Origin: an uncultured Phycisphaerales bacterium
Lineage (GTDB): Bacteria > Planctomycetota > Phycisphaerae > Tepidisphaerales > Tepidisphaeraceae
Length of the DNA stretch: 64,000 nucleotides
Assembly: GCA_963844715.1 (NCBI GenBank)
Contig: CAWJPJ010000006.1
Coordinates: forward strand, 512,001-576,000
Direction: 5' to 3'
The translations under genes were made by a program, and so were the position numbers. Positions 1 to 12,211 of the stretch are shown here, piece after piece. Below the pieces are notes generated by a model. It was not told where the DNA came from. It did no database searches and saw nothing but the letters and a program-made list of their open reading frames with translations. Each line of letters starts with the position of its first letter. The stretch's first letter is position 1.

Positions 1-54
1 CAGGAAGACCCGCGCGTCATCGAGGCCTATCTGGGCAAACCCCAGCCGGCGTAG
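1..54 (+). CDS. livG: C-terminus of branched-chain amino acid ABC transporter ATP-binding protein (partial)
   Basis: Frame 1 reads QEDPRVIEAYLGKPQPA*, the typical LivG C-terminal motif, directly upstream of livF. Confidence 0.75.
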   Translation, partial: QEDPRVIEAYLGKPQPA

Positions 55-65
55 AATAGCGCCCC

Positions 66-827
66 ATGCTCCTCTCCGTCCGAAATCTAACCGTCTCCTA
101 CGGCGCGATCACCGCCCTCCAGGATGTCTCGGCCGATATCGAGCGCGGCGAGATCGTCACCCTCATCGGCGCAAACGGGGCCGGCAAAACCACTCTCCTC
201 CGCACCATCAGCGGACTCCTGAAGCCTTCTTCCGGCAGCATCGCCTGGAACCCCCCTACCCAAACGCCCGGCGAGCCGGAGAACCTGCTGCACTACCACG
301 TCCCCGATGCCGAACTGGTCGGTCTACGTCCCGACAAAATCGTGAGGCTCGGAATCAGCCACGTCCCTGAAGGCCGCCAAATCTTCGCGAATCTCACCGT
401 CCATGACAATCTTCTCCTCGGCGCTTTCCAACGTCGCCAAAAAAAGGAAATCCAAGCCGGACTGGAGAAATGCTTCGCTTTCTTTCCGGTACTCGCCGAG
501 CGAAAACACCAGCGCGGCGGCACACTCAGCGGCGGCGAACAACAAATGCTCGCCATCGCCCGCGCCCTCATGGCCCAGCCAAAACTGCTCCTCCTGGACG
601 AACCGTCGCTAGGTCTGGCCCCCATTTTCGTCCAAAAGATCTTCCAGATCATCCAGCAGATCAACAAAGAAGGCGCAACCGTATTCCTGGTCGAACAAAA
701 CGCCCACATGGCCCTGACGATCGCACACCGGGCCTACGTGCTCCAAACCGGAAAGATTATTCTGGCCGATCAAGCCGCGCGGTTGCTCGAAAACCCCGAG
801 GTGAAACGAGCTTATTTGGGAGGATAA
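66..827 (+). CDS. livF: Branched-chain amino acid ABC transporter ATP-binding protein
   Basis: Walker A GANGAGKT, signature LSGGEQQM, LLLDEPSLGLAP, C-terminal AYLGG. Confidence 0.93.
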   Translation: MLLSVRNLTVSYGAITALQDVSADIERGEIVTLIGANGAGKTTLLRTISGLLKPSSGSIAWNPPTQTPGEPENLLHYHVPDAELVGLRPDKIVRLGISHVPEGRQIFANLTVHDNLLLGAFQRRQKKEIQAGLEKCFAFFPVLAERKHQRGGTLSGGEQQMLAIARALMAQPKLLLLDEPSLGLAPIFVQKIFQIIQQINKEGATVFLVEQNAHMALTIAHRAYVLQTGKIILADQAARLLENPEVKRAYLGG

Positions 828-830
828 AGA

Positions 831-896
831 GAATGATGAGTGATGATTGCTGAATGATGATTTAAACTCAGCATTCAGCATTCATCAATCAGCATT
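831..896. repeat. Heptamer-based imperfect inverted repeat (GAATGAT / CATTCAG type)
   Basis: gaatgatgagtgatgattgctgaatgatga followed by tcagcattcagcattcatcaatcagcatt; intergenic. Confidence 0.6.
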
Positions 897-931
897 TTGC
901 CTCGTCTCCCTCGCGCGTTAACCTATCCCGC

Positions 932-1315
932 ATGTCCACCCCTCCCATCTCGTACCAAACTCCCTTCGCCCACATCCCCGTCACCACAACCTTCACGGTC
1001 GACGGCTACCGCATCGTCCGCTATCTCGGCGTCGTGCGCGGACTCATCGTTCGCTCGCCCACCATCGCCCAGGGTTTCCTCGGGGGTCTCAAATCCATCA
1101 TCGGCGGCAACATCGGAGCCTACACGGAGATGTGCGAGCAAACCCGCCAGCAGGCGTTTGAGCTGCTCGTTCAGCACGCCCTATCACTTGGCGCAAACGC
1201 CGTCGTGGGATTCCGATACGATGCTTCGGAAATCGGCGGCGGGCGCGGGGTCTCGGCGACGGAAGTGCTCTGCTACGGAACCGCCGTGGTCATCGCCCCG
1301 CAAAGCAACTCGTAG
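932..1315 (+). CDS. YbjQ/UPF0145 family protein
   Basis: GYRIVRYLGVVRG, LKSIIGGNIGAYT, LGANAVVGFRYD, EVLCYGTAV motifs. Confidence 0.88.
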   Translation: MSTPPISYQTPFAHIPVTTTFTVDGYRIVRYLGVVRGLIVRSPTIAQGFLGGLKSIIGGNIGAYTEMCEQTRQQAFELLVQHALSLGANAVVGFRYDASEIGGGRGVSATEVLCYGTAVVIAPQSNS

Positions 1316-1693
1316 ATGCTGCGCATCCGCAAAACCTTGCAGCGAAGGCTGATCCTGCTCGCGTTCGTCGCCGCCATCGGGTTCGGGTCGCGGCTTTATC
1401 CGATCGGGAACCGCCTCTGGGACAAATCCGCCGGCGACGTCACCTGGGCGGCGGCGATCTATCTGCTCCTCGGGATCATCTTCCCCATCCGCCGCCCGGT
1501 CACTCTCGCCGTGGCGGCCTCCGCGATCGCCGTCGCCGTCGAGTTCTTCAAACTGACCGATCTGCCCGCGCATTGGGTTCACTGGGCGATCAGCCGACTG
1601 ATTTTCGGAACCACTTTCTCATGGGAAAACCTGGCGTGCTACGCGGTGGGAATCACGGGGATCGCCTTCATTGATACTTTTTGGCGCAAATGA
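1316..1693 (+). CDS. DUF2809-like membrane protein
   Basis: Hydrophobic; GDVTWA, VEFFKL, RLIFGTTFSW.. motifs. Confidence 0.7.
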   Translation: MLRIRKTLQRRLILLAFVAAIGFGSRLYPIGNRLWDKSAGDVTWAAAIYLLLGIIFPIRRPVTLAVAASAIAVAVEFFKLTDLPAHWVHWAISRLIFGTTFSWENLACYAVGITGIAFIDTFWRK

Positions 1694-1718
1694 ATCGCGT
1701 CGGCCGGCGTGACGAATC

Positions 1719-2015
1719 TTACGTCATCGCCGCGGCCCGTTTTTCGATCCTTGGATCCGCATCCGGAGTGGTGTGCAAATCGTAATAGTTTTGCAAATTC
1801 AGCCAAAGTTCCGGGCTCGTTCCCAGCGCCAAACCAATGGCCTTGGTGGTTTCGCCGGTGATGCTCTTTTTGTTATTGACGATCTCATTCACCGCTTGAA
1901 GCGGCCGGCCAATGATCTTCGCAAAGTCAACTTGTGACCATCCCCGAGATTCGATTTCATCGCGAAGATAATCGCCGGGAGGAAACACTTCCGCGGGTTT
2001 GAATTTCCGGTTCAT
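1719..2015 (-). CDS. higA: HigA-family XRE antitoxin/regulator with no adjacent toxin
   Basis: EVFPPGDYLRDEIESRGWSQ, HTH, LGTSPELWLNLQ; ATG at 2015. Confidence 0.8.
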   Translation of the reverse strand: MNRKFKPAEVFPPGDYLRDEIESRGWSQVDFAKIIGRPLQAVNEIVNNKKSITGETTKAIGLALGTSPELWLNLQNYYDLHTTPDADPRIEKRAAAMT

Positions 2016-2046
2016 GACGACTCCGAATCGATTTCGACCCACGGAC

Positions 2047-2094
2047 GCCGCCCCTCACCCTTACCCTCTCCCCGAGTACAGGGAGAGGGGATAA
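2047..2094. repeat. REP-like palindromic element (CCCTCACCC-CCCTCTCCC-N-GGGAGAGGG family)
   Basis: ccctctcccc gagtaca gggagaggg hairpin; homologous copies at 29643-29765 and 31983-32056. Confidence 0.75.
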
Positions 2095-2109
2095 GTCGGG
2101 ATCGCTCGG

Positions 2110-3495
2110 TCAGTGCCCGTGCGCCGGCTCCCCCAAGTATTTCTTCACCTCGGCATACTTCTCATCCAGCATCGCCTTTGTTTTCGCCTCCAGATTCAAT
2201 CGCAATAGCGGCTCGGTATTACTCTTCCGCACATTGAACCACCACTCCCCCGCATCGACGGTTATGCCGTCGAGATAATCGACATGCATTTTCTTGTACG
2301 CATCGGCCAATTCCCGAATCTTGCCTTCCTTGTCCTCCACCTGGAAATTGATCTCCCCGCTTTGGCTGTAACGATTCAAAGGCGCAACCAACTCGCTCAA
2401 AGTCCCGCGCTGCGATGAAAGCACCGATAACACCCGCGCAAAGGCGATCGCCCCGCTATCGGCATAAAAATTGTCCCGGAAATAAAAATGCCCCGAAAGT
2501 TCCCCGCCAAAGACAGCCTTGGTGTCGGCCAGCGTTTTTTTCAGAAATGCGTGCCCAACACGATCCCGCCGAGGAACTCCGCCTGCTGCCTTCACCTCAT
2601 CTGCCACGACATGACTCGAGCGCAAATCGTAAACGATCGTCGAACCCTTGTTCTCCGGCTTCTTGAGAAAATCCTTCGCCAATAGCGCGGTAATGATGTC
2701 GCAGCCAATCGTGCTCCCCTTCTCATCGACGAAAATGCATCGATCCGCGTCCCCGTCAAAGCAAACGCCCAGATCGCACTTTTGGCCCGCCATCTTTTGC
2801 TTCAATTTCGCCAGGTTCGCTTCCACGAGCGGGTTCGGGTCGTGGACAAAACTGCCGGTGATCTCGAACAGCAATGGCACGATCTGCAGATTGGGCAACC
2901 CCTCAAAAATCGCCGGCACCATCTTCCCCGCCATCCCATTGCTCGCATCAATGACCACCTTCACCGGCCTCTTTAAATCGAGAAATTGCAATACGTGCTT
3001 CTTGTAGTCGCTCCACAAGTCTTGCTGCGTGACCTTTCCCTCGAGCCCCGTCTGCCCCGGCCGCAGCAGCGACGCGATGCGCTTGATGTCATCCAACCCG
3101 CTCGCAGCCCCAATCGGCTTGGCCTTGGGGCCGGAAATCTTGAATCCGTTGTATTGAATGGGATTATGCGAAGCGGTTGTCTGAATGCCTCCCACCGCAT
3201 CCAAGTGATTGATCGCAAAATAGATCATCGACGTATCGATCATGCCGATATCGACGACGTTCATCCCCGTGCTGCGCAGCCCCTCGATAAGCGCCTTAGC
3301 CAGCGACGGCGAACTCGGCCGCATGTCGCGACCCACAACCATCGTATCTTCCAGCTTCACCTTCTCAGCGGCATTTTGACGGCTTCGTTTCAGATATTGC
3401 CCCGTCGCGTGTCCGATTTTCCACGCGCCGTCCTCGTTCAGCGGCGTCGGATAGGTCGCGCGCACGTCGTACGCCTTGAATAGCTTGTCGATCAT
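2110..3495 (-). CDS. Phosphomannomutase/phosphoglucomutase
   Basis: Starts MIDKLFKAYDVR; TASHNP phosphoserine loop, FDGDADR metal loop, GELSGHFYF. Confidence 0.93.
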   Translation of the reverse strand: MIDKLFKAYDVRATYPTPLNEDGAWKIGHATGQYLKRSRQNAAEKVKLEDTMVVGRDMRPSSPSLAKALIEGLRSTGMNVVDIGMIDTSMIYFAINHLDAVGGIQTTASHNPIQYNGFKISGPKAKPIGAASGLDDIKRIASLLRPGQTGLEGKVTQQDLWSDYKKHVLQFLDLKRPVKVVIDASNGMAGKMVPAIFEGLPNLQIVPLLFEITGSFVHDPNPLVEANLAKLKQKMAGQKCDLGVCFDGDADRCIFVDEKGSTIGCDIITALLAKDFLKKPENKGSTIVYDLRSSHVVADEVKAAGGVPRRDRVGHAFLKKTLADTKAVFGGELSGHFYFRDNFYADSGAIAFARVLSVLSSQRGTLSELVAPLNRYSQSGEINFQVEDKEGKIRELADAYKKMHVDYLDGITVDAGEWWFNVRKSNTEPLLRLNLEAKTKAMLDEKYAEVKKYLGEPAHGH

Positions 3496-3541
3496 GGTCG
3501 AAAGTTTAGCGGTAGCCCCGATGCCCGGCAACGAATCAGAG

Positions 3542-4917
3542 TCAATGCACTCCCCGAAGCCGCGCCAGCCGCTCGTACAACGCCGCCGCCGTTCGCGTGC
3601 CGCAGTGCAGCGCGTCGAGATCGAATTTCTCATTCGGCGAATGCACCCGATCATCCGGAAGCCCGAAGCCGAGCAGGAGCGTGTCGATCCCGAGCACGGA
3701 CTTGAACATTTCCACGACGGGAATGCTCCCTCCGCCGCGGATGAGCGCCGGTGCTTTCCGAATCCCACTTCAACCGCCTCCGACGCCAACTCCATCGCCG
3801 GCGAATGCATCGGCACCAGCGCCGCGGGAGTATAACTGTGGCAGCTCACCTCCACGCTCGCATATTTCGGGCACCGCTCCTTAATGGTCTTGATGAATGC
3901 ATCCCGAATCTTGATCGGGTCCTGCTTTGGGACCAGGCGCATCGAGACTTTCGCCGACGCCTTTGCCGGGATCACCGTCTTCGCCCCGGGGCCCTGATAC
4001 CCGGCCGTAATCCCGTTGATATCACACGTCGGCCGCGCCCAGCACTGCTCCAGCGGAGTATAGCCCTTTTCCCCAAACAGCCCCGCCGCCTTTACTTCGT
4101 CGGCATACTTCTTCTCATCGAACGGCAATCCCTTCCACATTTTCCGCTCCTCATCCGACACCGGCAGCACATCATCATAAAACCCCGGAATTATGACCCG
4201 CCCGTCCTTATCGTGGAGCGTGGCCAGAATCTCGCTCAGCACATTCGCCGCATTCGGAACCGAACCGCCGTACAACCCACTGTGCAAATCGTGCCCCGCT
4301 CCGGTAACGGTTAATTCCATATACACCAGTCCGCGGAGTCCGTAGGTAATCGCCGGCACCCCCGGCGCAAACTGATTCGTATCGCTCACCACGGCGATGT
4401 CCGCCTGCAATTCCTTCTTATGCTTATGTACAAAATCCGCCAGGTTCTCTGATCCAATCTCCTCTTCCCCCTCGATGAGCAACGTCACATTCAGGGGCAC
4501 TCCTCCATTCGCCTGCCAGGCCAGAAGCGCCTCGATATGCGCCCACACCTGCCCCTTGTCATCCGCCGCCCCGCGCGCGTAAATCGCTCCGCCGCGAATC
4601 GTCGGCTCAAACGCCGGCGTCTTCCAAAGTTCCAGCGGCTCAGGGGGCTGCACATCGTAATGCCCATAAAACAGAACCGTCGTGCGCCCCTCGACATGTT
4701 TATTCTTGGCCAGAACCACCGGATGCCCGCGCGTCGGCACCACCTTCACATCGAAACTGGCCACCTTCAGCCAATCCGAGATCCACTGCGCACACCGCTG
4801 CATGTCCTCCTTATGCCCAGGCTGCGTGCTGACGCTCGGAATCGACAGCAATTCCTTCAGCGTCTCCACCGACCGGGACTTATTGGCTTCGATCGTTTCT
4901 AATACTTTGGCAAGCAT
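3542..4917 (-). CDS. M20 family dipeptidase (one apparent frameshift near 3755)
   Basis: YGHYDVQPPEP, RGAADDKG, EGEEEIGS; the C-terminus (GGSIP, HSPNEKF) is in the adjacent frame ending at 3542. Confidence 0.88.
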
Positions 4918-5016
4918 AAAGATTAGATTAACCGCGCGGCAACGCCCGAACAAACGTAGGCCGGTCGCACGCCGAATGTTATGATCTCTCCCACCGCTTC
5001 CGTCAAAGGAAATTCT

Positions 5017-7386
5017 ATGGATTCGCCTCTCACCTCGGAACTCCTCAATAAAATGGACGCCTATTGGCGTGCCGCCAATTATCTTTCCGTTGGGCAAATC
5101 TATCTGTGGGACAACCCGCTATTGCGCACGCCCCTTAAACCCGGCGACATTAAGCCCATGCTCCTCGGCCACTGGGGCACCACGCCGGGCCAGAATTTTA
5201 TCTACGTGCATCTCAACCGCATCATCAACATCTTCGACCTCAACATGATTTACGTCGCCGGCCCCGGTCACGGCGGCCCGGCGCTCGTCGGCAACACCTA
5301 CCTCGAAGGCACCTACAGCGAAATCTATACCAACATCACGCAGGACGAAGCCGGGCTCAAAAAGCTTTTCACCCAATTCTCCTTCCCCGGCGGAATCCCC
5401 AGCCATGTCTCCCCCGAATGCCCCGGTTCCATCCACGAGGGAGGCGAACTCGGCTACTCCCTCAGCCATTCCATCGGCGCCGTTTTGGACAACCCCGATC
5501 TCGTCGTCGCCTGCATCATCGGCGACGGCGAAGCCGAAACCGGCCCGCTCGCCACCGCCTGGCAGTCCAACAAATTCCTAAACGCCGCCACCGACGGAGC
5601 CGTCCTCCCCATCCTACATCTCAACGGCTACAAGATCGCCAATCCCACGGTTCTCGCCCGCATCCCCCGCGCAGAACTCCAAAAATTCCTGGAAGGGTGC
5701 GGCTGGACTCCCATTTTCGTTGAAGGCCACGAACCAGCGAAGATGCACCAAGCCATGGCCGCCGCGCTGGACACGGCCATCCAACAAATCAAACACATTC
5801 AACTCGATGTGCGCAAGCGAAAAATCACCCTCCGGCCGGCGTGGCCCGTCGTCGTCCTCATCAGCCCCAAGGGATGGACCGGCCCCAAGGAAGTAAATGG
5901 CCTCCCCGTCGAAGGGACATTCCGCGCCCATCAAGTCCCCATCACAGACCCGGCAACCAATCCCCATCATCTGGCCCAACTCGAGCGCTGGCTGAAAAGC
6001 TACAAACCCGAGGAGCTGTTCGACGAGAACGGAAAATTCAATAAAGAATTGGCCGACCTCGCCCCCAAAGGCGAGCGCCGCATGGGCGCGCAACCCGCAC
6101 GCCAATGGCGGCATCCTGCCTGCGCGATCCCGCATGCCCGATTTCCGCGACTACGCCGTCAAAATCCCCTCCCCCGGCGCCGTCGATTCCGAAGACACTC
6201 GCGTTTTAGGAACTTTCATCCGTGATGTCATAAAATTAAACCAGGACCAGCGCAACTTCCGCGTCTTCGGCCCGGACGAAACGATTTCCAACAAACTCAC
6301 CGCCGTCTTCGAAGTCACCCCGCGCCAATGGGAAGGCAAGATGATCAAGATCGACGAATACCTCGCCCACGACGGCCGCGTTCTCGAAGTCCTCAGCGAA
6401 CACCAATGCGAAGGGTGGCTCGAAGGGTATCTCCTCACCGGCCGCCACGGCCTGTTCAACTGCTACGAAGCCTTCATCCACATTGTCGATTCCATGTTCA
6501 ATCAGCACGCCAAGTGGCTCAAGGTGACGCTTGGACTCCCTTGCGCAGAAAAATCGCCTCCCTCAATTACCTCCTCTCCTCCCACGTCTGGCGGCAAGAC
6601 CACAACGGCTTCACCCACCAGGACCCCGGCTTCATCGACCTCGTGGTGAATAAGAAAGCCGAAGTCATCCGCGTCTATCTGCCGCCCGATTCCAACTGCC
6701 TGCTTTCGGTGATGGATCACTGCCTGCGCAGCCGGCACTATGTGAACGTCGTCGTCGCCGGCAAACACCCCGCGCCTCAGTGGCTGAGCATGGAAGCGGC
6801 GATCGAGCACTGCTCGCAAGGCATCGGCATCTGGGAATGGGCCAGCAACGACAAGGGGTCGGAGCCGGACCTGATCATGGCCTGCGCAGGCGATGTCCCC
6901 ACGCTGGAAATCCTCGCCGCCGTCTCGATCTTGCGCAAAAATCTCCCGGAACTCAAAATCCGCGTCGTCAATGTCGTCGACCTGATGAAACTCCAGCCCG
7001 CCACCGAGCATCCCCACGGCCTGACCGACAAGGATTTCGATTCTCTCTTCACGACGGGCAAGCCGATCATCTTCGCTTTCCACGCCTACCCTTGGTTGAT
7101 TCACCGCCTCACCTACCGCCGCACCAATCACGACAACCTCCACGTTCGCGGCTACAAAGAGGAAGGCACCATCACCACCCCCTTCGATATGACCGTCCTC
7201 AACGACATGGACCGTTTCCATCTCGTCCAGGACGCCATCGACCGCCTGCCGCAACTAAAGGGAAAGGGCGATTACCTGAAACAGGAAATGCAAGACAAGC
7301 TGGTTCAGCATAAGCAATATATCTATAAAGAGGGGCGTGATATGCCGGAGGTGAGAGATTGGAAATGGAATTCGAGCGGAACGTAA
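5017..7386 (+). CDS. xfp: Phosphoketolase (frameshifts near 6090-6130 and 6542)
   Basis: [28 protein letters not shown] ThDP motif, [18 protein letters not shown], spread across three frames. Confidence 0.93.
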
Positions 7387-7432
7387 CGACGCGAGTGTCA
7401 GACCAATCGGATAGTTCCAGGCGGCGGCAACT

Positions 7433-9172
7433 ATGGGCGTGATTCTCCAAGCATTCTTTAAAGCCGATCAAAAGGGCGTTCCTTCCCCCACCGACGGAAA
7501 TTCTGCCATCCCCTGGTGGTGGGATCATCTGGCCCGCCAAGCGCAAACGTTTCGCGCCGCGGGTTTCACCGCGATCTGGCTCCCGCCCTGCTGGAAAGGA
7601 GCGGCCGGGCGCAATCCCTCGGCTACGACCTTTTCGACGATTACGACCTTGGTTCGAAAGACCAGAAAGGTTCGATTCCAACCCGATACGGCTCGCGCGA
7701 GCAGCTCCAGCGATGCGTCGCCATGATGCGCGCCAATGGCCTGGACGTTTATCTAGACCTGGTTGAAAACCAGCCGCAATGGCGGTAGTGGACCCGGCGA
7801 ATTCACCTTCCGTTACAAAGACGCCTTCGGCAATCCCACCGGCGGCCGATTCGAAAAAGACCCGCCCGATTTCCATTTCAACGTCCCCGAAGACCCCGGC
7901 GTCTTCGGATACCCAAACACCAAGGAAATGACCTTCGGCCCCGACCTGGCGCCCATCAACGGCCAGCCTTACCACCACATCTTTGACGGCTTGATCGACA
8001 GCGCTGATTGGGTCACCCGAGCGCTCGACGTCCAGGGCTATCGCATCGATGACGTCAAAGGCATTTCCACGTACTTTCTTCTCGCATTTCTGAACAGCAA
8101 GTCGATGGACGGTAAATTCGCGGTCGGGGAATTCTTTGACGGAAATGAAGACCTGCTTCGGCAATGGGTCTTGGACCCGCGCGGCATGCGCAGGCGCGCC
8201 AGCGCCTTCGATTTTCCATTACGATACCTGCTGACGGCCATGTGCAACCAGCCGGGGCACTTCAACATGGCGCTGCTCGACCACGGCGGTCTGGCGGGGA
8301 CCGATCCGATGTCGGCCGTCACGTTCGTCGAGAATCACGACACCGACACCAGCCCATCCCTCGCCCCCATCGTCGAGAACAAAGCCTTGGCTTACGCGTA
8401 CATCCTCACCTCTGAAGGCTACCCCTGCGTTTTTTACCGCGACTACAGCTCCGACCCGGGCTGCTATAACCTCAAGCCTCAGATCGATAACCTCGTCTGG
8501 ATCCACGAGAACCTGGCGTTCGGTCCGACTCAGCAGAGATGGAAAGACCTGGACGTCTTCGCCTACGAGCGCCTCGGCGGCCCGCATCTCCTGGTCGGCC
8601 TCAACAACGATCCCGCCACGCCCTACACGATCTCCGTGGATACCGGATTCGGCCCAAACGTTTCGCTGCATGATTACACCGGCCACGCCCCCAACATCGC
8701 CACGGACGGCGCCGGGCGCGCCACCTTCACCATTCCCCGCAATCAAAATGGCGCCGGCTATGTCGCGTTTTCAATAAATGATATCGACGACCCGATTGAG
8801 ATCGAAACAAAACCCGTCACTCAGGTATTTGAGGGCGCCAAAGACCTCGACATCCGCCCGGCGGTCAACGGGCAGACGATCCAGATCTGCCGCGTCTGGT
8901 GCGAAGTGAATACGCCGATCACCGCCAAATTGGATTTCGACGCATCAAGCCTCCCGCCGACGGGTTTGCTCACCCTGCAACTCCTCGATCCAAATCACGC
9001 GATCATTGCAAAGCAAAGTTACCGAAATTCCAACGACCCAAAAACCAACCTTGACGCAAACGCCCCTACGAGAGGATTCTTTACCTTCGAAGTAAGCCTA
9101 TCCGGCGCTCCGGACGGCACTTCGCAGTTGCCTTACGTCCTGACCGTAACGTATCAGGCCGCAAAGTTTTGA
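7433..9172 (+). CDS. GH13 alpha-amylase with C-terminal extension (frameshifts near 7608 and 7775)
   Basis: GFTAIWLPP, GYDLFDDYDLG, GYRIDDVKG, AVGEFF, TFVENHDT, EGYPCVFY. Confidence 0.87.
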
Positions 9173-9231
9173 CTGAAAAATGTCTGCCGCTCCGTTTTCC
9201 AAATAACCAAAACACCGAAGGAACGCCCCAC

Positions 9232-9942
9232 ATGGAATATTTCCCCCTCGCCTGGCCGTTCCTGCTTCTCTTGGGCATCTTCTTCCTTATCGCCCTGGCG
9301 ATGATCGAATTGGAGGTCCTCACCTTCGCCTACATGCGAATGGGGATTCACCCGCGCTATGTGATGACCATTCTGGTTCTCTCGTTTTTCGGCAGCTACA
9401 TCAATATCCCCGTCGGCAGGCTGCCCCCGGAGCACATCGTCTCCAATTCCGTCGTCGAATTCTTCGGCGTTCAATACGTCGTCCCCACCGTCCGGCAATG
9501 GCCGCAAACGGTCATTGCCGTCAACGTCGGCGGGGCTATCATCCCCACGCTTCTCTCCCTTTACCTGATCGTAAAGAACCAGCTTTATATTCGCAGCGTC
9601 ATCGGCGTGACACTCCTGGCCCTCATCGTGCATCATCTGGCCAAACCCGTGCACGGGATCGGGATCAGCGTCCCGATTTTCGTCCCGCCCCTATGCGCTG
9701 CCGGCATTGCCATGGTTCTCGCCTGGCGGTGCGCCCCGCCGCTGGCGTATATCTGCGGCTGTCTCGGCACGCTCATCGGCGCCGATTTGATGAACCTCGA
9801 TAAAATCCAGGGACTCGGGGCGCCCGTAGCTTCCATCGGCGGCGCCGGAACCTTTGACGGGGTTTTTCTCTGCGGCATCATCGCAGTTCTCCTCCCTCCT
9901 TTCGTCCCGCGATCCGGCCGAAGACGGTATAGTTCCCCATAA
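9232..9942 (+). CDS. DUF1614 family membrane protein
   Basis: GSYINIP, IAVNVGGAIIP, GTLIGADLMNL, SIGGAGTFDGVFL. Confidence 0.8.
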   Translation: MEYFPLAWPFLLLLGIFFLIALAMIELEVLTFAYMRMGIHPRYVMTILVLSFFGSYINIPVGRLPPEHIVSNSVVEFFGVQYVVPTVRQWPQTVIAVNVGGAIIPTLLSLYLIVKNQLYIRSVIGVTLLALIVHHLAKPVHGIGISVPIFVPPLCAAGIAMVLAWRCAPPLAYICGCLGTLIGADLMNLDKIQGLGAPVASIGGAGTFDGVFLCGIIAVLLPPFVPRSGRRRYSSP

Positions 9943-9947
9943 GCACC

Positions 9948-10552
9948 ATGAGCACTGCCCCTCAATCCCCGTTCATCTATCTTGCCCGCCACGGCGAGAC
10001 CGCCTGGAGCATCTCCGGCCAGCACACCGGCCTCACCGACATTCCCCTGACTGCGCGAGGCGAACGCAACGCCCGGCAACTTGCGATATCTCTCAAAGGC
10101 ATCACCTTCTCGCGCGTCTTCACCAGCCCCCTCCAGCGAGCCAGACAAACCTGCCGCGCTGGCCGGCTTCGCTTCCGTCGCCGAGCCCGACCCCGACCTC
10201 GTCGAATGGAACTACGGCGATTACGAAGGCAAGACCACCGCCCAGATTCACCAAGCTCGCCCCGGCTGGGAAATCTTCCGCGACGGCTCCCCCTACGGCG
10301 AATCCCCCGCCGACATCGGTGCCCGCGCCGATCGCGTCGTCGCAAAACTGCGCACCGCCACCGGCAATGTCCTCCTCTTCTCCCACGGTCATTTTCTGCG
10401 CAGTTCTCGCCGCAAGATGGCTCTCCCTTGAGCCCGCGGCCGGAAAATTATTTCTCCTCGACACCGCCGCACTCAGCATCGTCGGCTATGAGCACGGCGC
10501 GAGCGATTCGGTCATTCGTCTTTGGAATGATTGCCGCCACACGCAAGATTGA
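9948..10552 (+). CDS. Histidine phosphatase (phosphoglycerate mutase-like), two frameshifts
   Basis: RHGETAWS, SPLQRARQT, EWNYGDYEG, FSHGH across frames. Confidence 0.85.
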
Positions 10553-10564
10553 AGGAGTTGAATC

Positions 10565-12207
10565 ATGCCCATCAGTCTCCTGGCCGGAAAGCCTGCTACT
10601 CCCGACATGCTCATCGATGTCGCGAAACTCACCCGCGACTATTTCGAACGCGAGCCGGATTTCGCCGACCCCAATCAGCGCGTCATCTTCGGCACCAGCG
10701 GCCACCGAGGCTCCTCCTCGCTCGGAACTTTCAACGAATCCCACATCCTCGCCATCGCCCAGGCCGTCTGCGATTACCGAAAATCCCGCGCAATTGACGG
10801 CCCGGTTATGGTCGCCAAGGACACCCATCTCCTCTCTCGCCCGGCTGAGCGATCCGTCCTGCAGGTCCTCGCCGCCAACGGCGTCGAAGCCCTCATCGCA
10901 AGCAAAGATGGCTTCACCCCCGTCCCCGTCATCTCCCGCGCCATCCTGAATTTCAATCGCAATCGGCGCGAGCATCTGGCCGATGCGCTCATTGCCACGC
11001 CGTCCCACAATCCCCCATCCGATGGCGGCTTAAAATACAACCCCCCCGACGGCGGCCCCGCCGGCGCCGATGTCACCACGTGGATTCAAGACCGCGCCAA
11101 CGCCCTGCTCGAATCCGGCAATCGCGATATCCGCAGAATCCCAATTGAAAAAGCCATCGCCGCCGCAACAACGCACGAAACCGATTTCATCACGCCGTAT
11201 GTGCAAGACCTGAAGCTCGCCATCGACATGGAAGCCATCAAATCCGCCGGCCTCAAGCTTGGCGTCGATCCCCTCGGCGGCGCAGCCCTCTTCTGCTGGG
11301 AACCCATCAATTCCATCTATGGACTGAACATCGAAGTCGTCAACAAAATCGTTGACGTGAGATTTTCATTCATGACCGTCGATTACGACGGCAAGATTCG
11401 CATGGACTGCTCGAGCCCCTATGCCATGGCCAACCTTGTACGCCTCAAGGACCGATTTCAGGTCGCCTTCGGAAACGATCCCGATTCCGATCGCCACGGC
11501 ATAGTCACGCCCTCGGCGGGCCTCATGAATCCCAATCACTATCTCGCCGTCGCCATTCGGTACCTCCTGACACATCGCCCGAACTGGTCGCCTCAATCCG
11601 CGGTCGGCAAGACCCTCGTCTCCAGCAGTATGATCGATCGAGTTGTGGCCGGTTTCGGCCGGAAGCTGGCCGAAGTTCCCGTCGGCTTCAAATGGTTCGC
11701 CGACGGGCTCTTCACCGGAAAAATGTGCTTCGGCGGTGAAGAAAGCGCCGGGGCAAGCTTCCTGCAAATGGACGGCGCCCCTGGACCACCGACAAGGACG
11801 GCCCCGTCATGGATCTCCTTGCCGCCGAACTCACCGCCAAAACCGGCAAAGACCCCGGCCTCCACTATCAGGAATTGACGGCGAAATACGGAACGTCGTA
11901 CTACACGCGCATCGATGCCCCGGCCACCCCGCAGCAAAAAGCCGTGCTCAAGAAGCTCTCCCCCGAAGCCGTCCGCGCCACGGAACTCGCCGGCGAACCG
12001 ATCACCGCCAAGCTCACCCGCGCCCCTGGCAACGACGCCCCCATCGGCGGCCTGAAAGTCGTCACCGCCAGCGCCTGGTTCGCCGCCCGCCCGTCAGGAA
12101 CCGAAAACGTGTACAAAATCTACGCCGAGAGCTTCAAGGACGAGGCCCATCTCGACGCGATCGTGACTGAAGCCCAAAAGATCGTGAACGAGGCCCTCGG
12201 CTCGTAA
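10565..12207 (+). CDS. pgm: Phosphoglucomutase (frameshift near 11780)
   Basis: [48 protein letters not shown]. Confidence 0.92.
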
Positions 12208-12211
12208 ACCC

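Noticed and set aside
2110..5097. 995-aa peptidase-phosphomannomutase fusion ORF
   Set aside because: A single indel near 3755 shifts the dipeptidase into the PMM frame; its true C-terminus and stop (3542) are in another frame, and PMM has its own start at 3495
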